Of a stretch of 35,664 nucleotides of DNA, positions 21,994 to 32,464 are shown one piece after another. Position 1 is the stretch's first letter; each line of letters opens with the position of its first letter. The notes below the pieces were generated by a model that did no database searches, was not told where the DNA came from, and saw only the letters and a list, made by a program, of their open reading frames with translations. The DNA is from Folioceros fuciformis. Its lineage: Eukaryota. Where the stretch lies: NCBI GenBank assembly GCA_049999805.1, contig JBNGIO010005642.1, positions 108,447 through 144,110 of the forward strand. The letters are read 5' to 3'. The translations under genes and the position numbers were made by a program.

Positions 21994-22668
21994 CTACCCT
22001 TCATTGTCCGCCGCAATTGATGCTATGACTAGAATATTTCCGTCCCGCAAGATGGCCTGCAAGCCTCCAAAGTTGACGTGGGTAATCTCCTCATGCATAT
22101 CTACTCCAGAAGTGCTGCAAACCCGCTCTTTGATATGAGAGATCAGAGACAACATATCCGCTCTTTGGAGTCCCCTAGGTTCACCAAAAAGTTGGCATGC
22201 AACTCTGAGACCGCAGTGTCGCCAACTCGCACACCCTTCAGCCTAGCTTGCATTCGTTGGAAAGATGACGAACGATAAGCATACTGAAGCTGGCCCTTTT
22301 CTTTGGACGGTACACGAACCTCCCCGTCTCCAGTCACCACTTCTACAGCTGTGGGGACATCTGATGTTTGCTGCCCGTCCGCCCCATTGTTCATATACAC
22401 GTCTCCCCCCACAGTACCAGGGATCCCACACGCAAACTCCAACCCGGAAAACCCTTCCTTGGCGCAGCGGATCCTTAGCAGATTGAAAGCGTGGCCGATA
22501 CCTGCTCGGTACACCCTTGCCCTGCAGCCCTAGATGAAGTTGATCCAGTTGAGCAGCACTCAACACAAGCAGCGGAGATTTGGGGAGCAATAGCTCCGCG
22601 AAGTAGCTCGCAGGTCCCCCGATCCCCCACGTACTCACTTCGCTGAGCAGTCTGCCCCTGCATCCACC
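21994..22668 (-). pseudogene. murB: UDP-N-acetylenolpyruvoylglucosamine reductase (plant/plastid-type MurB) pseudogene with internal deletions, stops and frameshifts
   Basis: Across frames: GRLLSEVSTWGIGGPASYF, VLLNWINFI*, VYRAGIG, GFSGLEFACGIPGTVGGDVYMNNGADGQ, YAYRSSSFQ, LKGVRVGDTAVSELHANFLVN, DMLSLISHIKERV...GVDMHEEI. Confidence 0.9.
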
Positions 22669-22839
22669 GTCTAGGAGACCACATCCCGACCCACCTGTGA
22701 CCAGCCTGCCGTCCTGTTATAGCCTGATGTTTGTCATAAAGCTACTCCACCTAATTGTCCGCCATGGCTATGCTTCGCGTTCAACCAGCTCAAGTCAAGT
22801 GCTTGCGCGCACAAGCTGGGTCACAACCAGGCCTAGCCC

Positions 22840-23470
22840 GCCGCCGCCTGTCTAGATCCGCCACCTATAGCTGCCTGCCTGCCTAACTAGAGCTGACTGG
22901 CCTGCTTGGATCCGGTCCACACAGCTTGCCACTGATCCGCCTCGATCTGCTTCAGATCCGTCTCGGCCTACCAGAGCCCGGAGCTGTCCAAAGCTGTGAT
23001 CTAGCTGCTGTTCAGCCGCGAACCAGCCAATTGGCTTGTCAGCCCACCTGAACGCCAGCGTGCCTGCCTGCTTGGATGTCTGCCACCCGCCTGCCCGCAA
23101 ACCGATCCGGCCAGTCTGCCTACCTGCCGATCCGGCCAGAACCAGCCAGACTGCTACTGATCCGTCCTGCCCCAGATTCACCACAGCCTACCATAGCCTG
23201 GGGAGCCTTGCCCCCCACTTGGCCTACCAGCTGCGATCCAGCAGTAAGCGTGTTCTGCATCCATTCATGCATGCGCTCCAAGCTCCAACATTTTGCCTAA
23301 ATGTCCACCAGGCAGCGGCCAACAAAAAAGTTAGCTTGAAGGCTGGCTGGCTGATTCGCCCTGGCTTGCCTGGATGTCTGCTTGGATCCACCACCGCCCG
23401 CCTTCTAGCCGACATCCCGATCAGCCAGCCGCCTGGATCCGGTCCACCAGGACCCTGCCAGGGATTTGTG
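22840..23470. repeat. GC-rich low-complexity region with dispersed short repeats
   Basis: Recurrent gcctgcctg, (gct/gcc)tggatccggtccac, tggatgtctgc, tgatccg motifs. Confidence 0.6.
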
Positions 23471-23509
23471 GACTTTGCTTAGGATCGGAGACATTTTGGA
23501 ATCAGGCTC

Positions 23510-23782
23510 TTGAGAAACAAGGGTGAACCAGAGCTCTCGTGGGTGTTGCATGTGTGGAGAGTCTTGTATGTGTGTGAGAGGGTGGCTAACTCTTTGAGAA
23601 ACAAGGGTGAACCAGAGCTCTCGTGGGTGTTGCATGTGTGGAGATGATTCGTGGCTAATTCACGGGGTCTTGTTTCCATGTATTACCATTTGCATGTGTG
23701 GAGAGTCTTGTATTGTGTGAGAGTGTGGCTAGTCTTGTATGCGTGTGAGAGTGTGGCTAATTCACGGGGTCTTGTTTCCCAT
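23510..23782. repeat. Mosaic tandem repeat block (~84-bp period plus shuffled subunits)
   Basis: tgagaaacaagggtgaaccagagctctcgtgggtgttgcatgtgtggaga x2; gtggctaattcacggggtcttgtttcc x2; gtcttgta..gtgtgagag x3. Confidence 0.9.
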
Positions 23783-23919
23783 GTAGAGCATTCAATAACA
23801 CTAAATTTGTAAGTCTAGAAGCATAAACCCGTTGTAGAAACTCGCACCGCCGGAAAAATATTAGTTAGGGTTCTGGGTGGGTCCCACCACGATCTTGGAA
23901 ACAACTATCGATCGCGGAA

Positions 23920-26900
23920 ACAGTGAGCAAATCGTGGCTGGCCTTCCCGGCGCATCATCAGCCGCAATCTTTGAAGTTCAGCTGGACTAACCAACAACAG
24001 CAGAATTTGGGAACTCGCAGATTAGATAGGTTCTATGTCCCATCTGGTTGGTTGCCTCTGGTGCAGTCATATAATATTCTCGCTGGTACAATCCTGTCGG
24101 ACCAATTAGCTGCCCTTGCCCAAACCCTTGCCCCTGCCTCGGGGCGCCAGAGGAGGCATATGCAAAAATTTCGGATGAACACATCCTTACTTAAGGAAAA
24201 AGGTGTGTTCGAGGAGGTCAAAAGCATTTGGTAGGGAACAGAGCAAGGGGAAGAACTTGTTGTTTCCAAATTGATTTGTGCTAACAACATCGCGATTAGG
24301 TACTTGAGGAAACGGGGGGTCCAATGGGCGAAGGAACTGTGCCAGCAAGAATGTTTTTGGAGAGAGGAACTAAGCTGGCTGCAAAGGAGTTGAGAGGAAC
24401 GGGACTTCACAATCGAAGAAGAAGCCTTGGAAAACAGAGGTGTAATGCACCTTGGCCAAATTGGAACAAGACAAAGCCAGAGGTTGGTTTAAACGGGCGA
24501 AGGTTAAGTGGGTGAGGGAAGGGGACGGTCCGTCTAAATTCCTTTTCGCTAAGGTCACCTGGCTACTAATCGGCATAGGTCGCACATTCCTGCTCTTCCG
24601 GACGCATAAGGAGTGGTACAGGAGTCTCTTGAAGGTTTGAAAAAGCTCATCACCCTCTTCTTTGTGGGAATTTTTTCCAACGTTCGGAAGGTGGTTGGGT
24701 GGGAGCAGCTCTGGTCATCTTCCTACGGGACACTCTCGGCTAAAGTGTCTGAAGCCTAGCGCAAGGCACTGGATAAGCTGATTACTGCAGATTAAGTACT
24801 CCAAGCTCTGAAGGGGTTGTCGAGGAATAAATCCGCGGGTCATGACGGTATCCCACCCAAGTTTCTGCTATGGGGGTGGGAGTTTATGGAGCCTTTATTC
24901 ATGGAGGCGGTGGACATGATTTGAGAGGAAGGTAGCATGGGGAATTGGTTTAACATGGGGGTCATCGCATTGCTCCCTAAGCAGGACGCCAGTCTATCAA
25001 TCTCCAATTGGCGCCCAATCACATTGCTTACAACTACGTACAAGATGATAGCTAAGGTTTTGGCCAACCGCATCAAGCCTTTTCTGGATGATTGGATTGA
25101 GAAAGGGCAGCGGGGGTTCATCCAAAACAGATGCATCTTGGACAACCTTCTGCTCTTGCGGGAAGCTAAGTATAATACAAAAGTTCAGAAGAAAGCTGTC
25201 GTTTTCATTTCCCTGGGTTTTTACAAGGCTTATGGTTCCATTGAGTGGCACTTCTTGTGGAGGTGCTTGCGTAGCTTTGGGTCCGGGAATAACTTCTGTA
25301 GGTGGATCGCCATTTTGTGTGAAGATGAAGGGGCAAAGGTGGCTGCCAATGGATCCTTTACGGAGCGCTTTGGCATTCATTGGTCGGTACGTCTGGGTTG
25401 CCCCCTTGCTCCATTCTTATTTATTATTGTTATTGACTTCTTCCTCCGAGCAGTCAAGCAAGACCAGGCAATCAAGGGTATTCGCAACCCAAACGGATCG
25501 CAGTCAAGGGTCTCTGTGTTTGCAGACGATACCCTTTTTTTTTCGTCGATAGAGGAGGCCTCTTTGAATGCTCGGCTCCCGCAGGTCAAGGTCTTTAGGG
25601 AGTTGTCGGGTTGCAAGGTTAATTGGAATAAGACTCACATGATGTGTTTACACATGCAAGGGGAGCTACCTCCATGCATTCAGCACATTCGGCGAGTGAC
25701 GCAAGGGTCCTCTCACAAATATCTGGGACTTCCCTTCCATGAGGGAAATGAGAACGGTGAGATAGGTAAGTATGTGTGCCTTAGATTTATTCGTAAAGCG
25801 GCGAGTTTGCAGCTGTTGGAGCTTAACCTTGCAGGAAGGCTGGTGGTGATTAACCATAGCCTCTCTATGGTATTATTTGTTCTTATGGGCCCCTTCCAAG
25901 ACAGAGGTGAAGAGGTTGCAAAAGGTGTTGACTTCATTCTTGTGGAAACATGCGGGGGATAGCTCAGCTGTGTGCTCTAAGGTGGCTTGGCAACACATTA
26001 TTCAGGCAAGTAGTTTAGGGGGGCTTGGGGTGGTTGATCCAGTTGCCAAGATGGAAGTCTTGCATGCTCACTGGGTTGTCTGGGCGGCGAATCCTACCTA
26101 CTACCCCTGGAAGAACCTGCTAACACAATATTTGGAGTGCACTCAAGCTGACCCTAGAGGAAGGAGGTCTATTGACAACATCCTTGCTGATAAACCACTT
26201 CTTAATATGGCAGAGTACTCCCCACTCTTCAAGTCAATCTGGAGTAGCTACTTAGAGGTTAAGTGGTGCATTATCCCTAGTAACCCTTTGCACGTTGATG
26301 ATGTTCTGGGTGTTCCTTTGCAAGGTTTCTCGATGTTGTGGGCTCAAGAATTTAGGGCAAGGGTGTATCGGTCACAAATCTTCGGATTGACGTGTCGGAA
26401 AGGAGTTATCCAGCTCGGTCACTTATGGAACAGATCAGAGGCCCGTTGGAAGGAGGTGGAGGAAGTCAAGGGTGAATTGGTTTAGTGGCTAGACATGTTA
26501 GGCACATTTTTTTCATGGTTGCAAGAGGGGTTAGAGGATAAGGTACAACAGGTTTTAAGGCAACAACCTACCCGGGGCGCCGAGGGGTGGTATGTGTACT
26601 CCATGGATAGTAAGGGAGTCGATTCTGAGGAGGATGAACAGGAGTAAGACCTTGAATTGGATAGAGTTGTTTGGCTTACAGGCACGGCTGATAAAGAAGA
26701 ACTGCGGTCATTCAAGGTCCTCTTGCTTGTAGGGCTTTTGGAAGATCAGGGCAGGGAGGACGGTGCTATTCGAAGAGGGGAACTAAGGGCCATCACAATC
26801 CTCTCTAAGTCTGTTCGCGCAGGGCGGTGGTGCACCCAAGTCGAACGTTCTAGTGGGCCACAAACTTCGGACAAGCTAGTTGTACGATGTTGGTTTCGGC

Positions 26901-27908
26901 TTGCGGAAAATTGGGATTTAGCCTTAAGACCAGACCTATACAATTGGCCCAAGAGGCCAAGGTGCAAGGCAGTCAACCTTTGGTCTTTCTTCAACTTCCC
27001 AACGGTGGACCTCTACCTATGGATGGTACGAGCGCAGAAACTCAAGCAATAGCAACCAATGGCTCCCAGATTACAGCTATCTATGCGGCAAAAAAAGGAA
27101 GCTATCAAGCTGCTTTGGAAGTCAGTAGGAATTCCTCCCAAGGTTAAGACGACGGTTTGGAACTTTTTTCAAGCTTGTTTGCCCAATGCGGATCGGTGGG
27201 ATGGGTTGTTGGTTGCTACGGGGGAAGACCAGTGTCGACTATGCACCTCCGGTGCCCCAAACAAGAGCCAACACATGTTCTTCCACTGCAGTTTTGCCCA
27301 AGAGATACGGAGTGAGGTGGGCAGTTAGTTGCAAAGGATTCTCCCTGGCGCCAACATTAGGATCACGAAACAAACTGCTCTATTTGGGTTGGATGCACCC
27401 TCAGGCAAAGCTCTACTTCAGGCGCAATGGTGGGGATTACTGTGGTCTTCTTGCCTTTTTCATCTTTGGGTCAACTGGTTTGCCGTGGTCTATGGAGGTA
27501 ATGAACCAGTCTCATCTAAGGCTCTACTATGGCGCATCTGGGAGCATTTACTAATTGCGGCAGAAAGTCTAAGGCAGTCTCATCGAAAACAGTTCAAGTG
27601 GAGTGAATGGAGGTCAACGGGCTTCCTAGTGACTGGGAATGACAATCATTGGAATCACGCCTGCCCTTGGGGAAGGTGAGCCCCCATGACCCTCACGTGA
27701 ACTTGAGGTTAAGTTTGGATGGTCTTAGCAGTCCGCTAATATCAAGGTGATGGGGAGCATTTTCCGAGTCCTGTCCAGAGGGCTGGACACGAGGTCGGTT
27801 TTTTCTCCCGAGCATAGTACTCATGCTATGTAAATTCGTAGGCAGGGGTCCCCCTAGTATTGTAAGAGGACGACAATATTAATCAAAATCCTTTTCTTCG
27901 TGAAAAAA
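23920..27908 (+). mobile_element. 5'-truncated, degenerate L1-type LINE (ORF2: end of APE endonuclease, RT, zinc finger)
   Basis: RRLDRFYV..SDQ, NWRPITLLTTTYK, QRGFIQNR, LGCPLAPFLF, FADDT, KYLGLP, GGLGV, CRLC..QHMFFHC. Ends attaatcaaaatccttttcttcgtgaaaaaa. Several stops and frameshifts. Confidence 0.92.
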
Positions 27909-28780
27909 TCGCTCACAAGGACGGACCAGGGAATCCTACAACGACAGTGGGTGTGGCCACTTAGCAAGGGTCCTTGGGGTGTTGAGGTCATGCGCGTCCA
28001 CAAATTCCGTCCACTTTGTTCATTACAGATTCATGACAAACCCCTTACAGAGTTTCGCGCATATTTGAAAAATCCTCAAAGAGCCCATGCCAAAATACTT
28101 AAGCGATTTTGATAAGGAGTGGTGGCGGTCGTTTTGGAGGTCCCAGGAGGTTATCGCTAATAAAATCATTAATGGAGAGGATAAAGAATTGATGATTCCT
28201 TGGGAATGGTACACCAGAGGGGAAGGGGCAACATATATAGACTTCATAGATAACTGTCCCACTACCACTGAAGAGGATGCGGACGAAAGACCATCAGAGC
28301 AAAGACTGATGTATCTTGAACCATATTGACCCACGATGACGGCGGCGGTCAAGGAGGCGAGGTTGGAAGGCAATGTCAACAAAATAAAAAAGGGAGATAT
28401 GATTGTTGTGCCATGTGAGGGCATATGGATTCCTATTGACGCGTAATAACACTCTGCAACTACGGACACAAGAACTGATCAAAACTAAGTTATATGAACT
28501 TCACAATCAATCCCAAAGTATTCCATGTGATCGAGGAGACAGTATCATAATGGAAAGGTCCATGAAGGGCATCGAAAGGAGACCAATTGTACAAGATTTT
28601 CAGGAAGCTGCAACAGTTATTGGTGAGACACAGGAAGACCAAGTAGCAGTCCAAGACACCCTCAAAGATCAACTTTTGGCCCGATCGCTAGCAGAACAAG
28701 AGCAAGGACTCATGGGCACTAATCAATGCATGGTGCTTTTGCGGACATGTTTGATGAAAACCCAAAGCAAGTGGTGAAGA
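27909..28780 (+). other. Degenerate coding-like segment of unknown (probably transposon) origin
   Basis: Overlapping + strand ORF fragments with protein-like composition (e.g. SDFDKEWWRSFWRSQE); no motif I can name. Confidence 0.3.
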
Positions 28781-29184
28781 GGAAGAAGAAGGGTGTGCTC
28801 GGCTAGCATTGGCTAATCCCTGACTTGAGGTCGCTAGCATAGTACGACGGTCCATCTTGCGTGGTGCGCACATGGGCGCGCCACGATATCCTGTAGGTTT
28901 TGTATCTTTTAGACCCACTATTTGAAATGAATCAAATACATGTAGAAAACAAGGTTTTTTGAGAACAAGTAGTATCAATGGACATTCAGAATCATGCGTG
29001 GTCTAAGATAAAAAAACGTTCTTGTTTCATCATATAATTCCTGATGTGATTGCACCTTGAAGAGTGCATGGCGTGCACATGTTACCACCGTAAAAAAACT
29101 AGTAAAAAAAGCAGACAATTGCGGAAATAGCCATTTACTGTTTGGATTTAAGCGAAACCCAATTTGCGTGGACAAACCCGATTT

Positions 29185-29736
29185 AATCTGGACGTTGTTA
29201 TAGGCTCCCATGTTTTTCTCCTCAATGGTGGAGCCATAAGCTGGTCATACAAAAAGATATCCGCGATTTGCACAGCCACCACCGAGAGTGAATATAGTGC
29301 ACTGTCTATGGCAGCCCATGACTTAATTTGGGGAAAAATTTCCTTGATAGTATACAATATACACAAATGGAACCAACCACTTTATATACTGATAGACAAG
29401 CTGCGATTGCCATGGTAGCTAATGCTCGGTTCCATGGTCCAACCAACCAACCAACCATATTCAATTAAAACACCACTTTATACGTGAAGTAGTTTTAGAT
29501 GGTAAGGCACACCTTACCTATGCTCCTTCCGCGGAAAACGCAACTGATGTGTTTACTAAACCTCTGCCCAAATACTTACATTATAAACATTTCTGAGGGA
29601 TTGGGAGTTCGAATATGTTTAAACGTTAAAGAATCCAAGATAGTAAAATTTAAAGACCCTATGACCACGAACGTGAAGTCATCTACAAGACAGTGAAGAT
29701 GTTTACAAACTCCAATGCTGTTCGTGCAAGTGGGAG
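29185..29736 (+). mobile_element. Ty1/copia 3' fragment: RNase H remnant and polypurine tract, with LTR starting at 29737
   Basis: FLLNGGAISWSYKK..TTESEY, KHHFIRE, ENATDVFTKPLP across frames; AAGTGGGAG immediately followed by TGTT. Confidence 0.85.
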
Positions 29737-30069
29737 TGTTAGAGTAGATTATGTGCTCAGCATGTCTAGAAGGTACTTATACGAGATGCATTAATTTATG
29801 TTTATTTAATTGGTTAGGGTTTTGCACCTCATCAGTCACGACGAACCCTTGCACCATCATGCGACTCTTAATTGTACTTGCTTGTTTAATCGATCTATTA
29901 CTTTGCATAAACTCGTTACTTTGCATAAACTGGTGACCTAGGAAAATTCTATTAGCCTTTGGGTCACGCTACCGGAAGATACCCAAACGACTGCTTATTA
30001 TTCAATGGTGAATATGAAAATGCCAACGTCTGAAACCACGCCTGCCAACGTCCATTCGGCCAAAAAGCG

Positions 30070-31330
30070 TCCACCTCTAGCATGTGGCATGTCCTTCTAT
30101 TTGTGCACAATTTGCCCCCCTAGTTGAGAACAAAGTCAGACAACATCCTCATGCCACTTATTGTGCCCAAGCCCCACATCATGCATGACATGGATGTGTA
30201 CATGGCGCCACTGCTAGAAGAACTAACTAAACTATGGGCAGGATTGTCAATGGAGGATTTTTCAGAGCCAATGGATAGCCTCTTGTGCCACTTCACACTT
30301 CGGGCGACGGTGGTACACACCATTGCAGATTATCCGGGCTTAGGACCCTTAAGCGGCTTTCAAGTTCGTGGCTCTCGAGCTTGTTTTGAGTGTTGGTTAG
30401 GCCTTGACGCCCGCTGGCCAATGCATTTCCAAAAGTAGGTGTACTTAGGAGCCCATCGTTGGCTGCCTTAAAACCATAGTATGCATCATGAGAACCTCCA
30501 CATGTTTAACAAGGAGCCAGAACATTAGCTGCCTCCTGCTCCACCAATGTACAAAGGAGTAATATTTGACATGCGTGCACGACAACACGCAACGGCGGCT
30601 GGGCTTCGGGAAACAGGCAGGTTTGGGAGTTAGTGGATGTCATTGTGGTTCCAGCACCTCTAGTATTGGAAGCACTTGCTCAAATGGGCACAAAAGGATG
30701 TCATGCACATTGAAGAGAACAATGCGGAGACATTGTGGTGCACTATGACAGGTGAAAAGGACGACCTTAAGTCTCGCCTTGCCATGGAGAAGCTTGGTTG
30801 GAAGACACACTTGTGGGCATCTAGCCCAAGCAAGGATGCTTGTGAGCCTGCCCCCTATATCCTCACTGCGGCCGATCTTAAGCTTTTGCTGGAGAACATG
30901 CAAGCAATGAGGTTACCAATGGGATTTGCCTCCAACATTGCTCGCAAACTGGCTCACACAAAGGTCGGCAGTCTCAAGTCACATGATTGGCATGTGATTA
31001 TGGAAATATATTTCCCCATCATCTTGCGTGGCAGAATAGCACCCTTTGTGTATAAGGTGATTGTTGGTTTGAGCAAGTTGTACAGGTGGCTTTGCCGAAG
31101 AAGGATCCCTAGTGTTGAGGTTGCCACCATGCAGATGGAAGTCATCAAGCTGATGTGCGCATTGGAGAAAGAGTTTTCCCTCAGGGTGCTCGATATCTCC
31201 ACCAACCTTGCACACACTTCGTGGAGGAGGCTGCGGTTCTTGGTCCTTTGCATGGAAGATGGATGTACCATGTGGAAAGGTACCTCCGCAATAGAAACAA
31301 AGAATTCGGCAGTGAAGCAGACCCGATAGT
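30070..31330 (+). pseudogene. CACTA/En-Spm transposase (TnpD/Tnp2-like) remnant
   Basis: DMDVYMAPLLEELTKLW, TIADYPGLGPLSG, DVMHIEEN, LKSHDWHVIM, MCALEKEF, GPLHGRWMYHVERY; interrupted by stops and frameshifts. Confidence 0.9.
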
Positions 31331-31349
31331 AGTATTGCAGAAGGTTATT

Positions 31350-31612
31350 GGGTGATGGAGCGTAGAGCGGTGGTGATGGTGCTTAGGGCGATGGTGAGCA
31401 TAAGGCGGTGGTGATGGTGCATAGGGCGATGGTGAGCATAGGGCGGTGGTGATGGTGCGTACAACGATGGTGAGCGTAGGGCAGTGGTGATGGTGCGTAG
31501 GGCGATGATGAGCATAGGGCAATGGTGATGGTGCGTACGGCGATGGTGAGCGTAGGGCAGTGGTGATGGAGAGTAGGGCAGTGGTGATGAACGTGGAGCG
31601 TAGAGTGGTGGT
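31350..31612. repeat. 38-bp minisatellite (~6 copies)
   Basis: Unit tagggcgatggtgagc(a/g)tagggc(g/a)gtggtgatggtgcg at 31384, 31422, 31460, 31498, 31536. Confidence 0.92.
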
Positions 31613-31879
31613 ATGGCATAGTGTGTGCGCAACTTTACTATGCCATTATGCGGCTATGGGCCTAGGGTTTCTAAGAGGTGCTCTTTGGGGGAAGAGTTTG
31701 GATGATGCAAAGTGATGTAGGGCAAGACTATGTTCATTAGGGTTTGGGTGTATGTTTGTGTCTAGGTGAGGAAGGCGGTGGAGTAGGCTCACCATACATA
31801 CATAATTAGGTTCAAGCATTCAGCACTGGTATATATGGTGGTGTATGAGTAGTGTAGAATTGCTTGTAGGAATGGTATA

Positions 31880-32400
31880 CTGACATGGTGGAGCAAGCAA
31901 GTAAGGTTTAGGGTTTAGCGGCAGGGCAAAGCGGAATGAGTTTGGTGTTTTGTAAAATGACATAGCAGAATGAGATTAGGGTTTAGTGGCATGGCAGAGC
32001 AATAAGGGTTTACAGTTTACAAGCATGGCAGCAGCAGAATGGATTTAGCACATGGCGGGGGAGAATGGATGTAGGGTTTAGAGGCATTGCGGAGAAAAAT
32101 AGGTTTAGGATTTAGTGACATGATGGAGCAGAATAGGTGTAGAGTTTAGCTGCATGGCAGAGTGGAGTGGGTTTAGGGTGTAGCGACATGGTGGAGAAAA
32201 ATGGATTAGGGTTTTATCAACATTATGGAGCAAAAATGGGTTTAGGGTTTAGTGACATGGCAGAGCTGAATAGGTTTAGGGTTTAGTTACACAATGGAGA
32301 AAAGTGGGTTTAGCATTTTATAAATATTGTGGAGCAAAATGGGTCTAGGGTTGAGCGGCTTAGAATGGAGCATATGGAGGGCATTATAGAGTTATGGGTT
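31880..32400 (+). repeat. Degenerate ~30-bp satellite containing TTTAGGG telomere-like motifs
   Basis: Recurrent ggtttagggtttagtgacatggcagagcagaat-like units. Confidence 0.8.
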
Positions 32401-32464
32401 ACAATGAGGAGTACAATTGTTTGGTTTTGATCATTTCACAAGACTTTCTATATGCCTCTATCAC

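Noticed and set aside
22746-22760. 14-nt match (ggacaattaggtgg, - strand) to the extreme right end of the window
   Set aside because: Flanks do not align; treated as chance.
23510-23782. Direct repeats with intervening sequence, superficially CRISPR-like
   Set aside because: Eukaryotic context, 'spacers' are themselves repeated, no cas genes.
31181-31632. His/Pro-rich ORFs on the - strand
   Set aside because: Translation artefacts of the 38-bp minisatellite.
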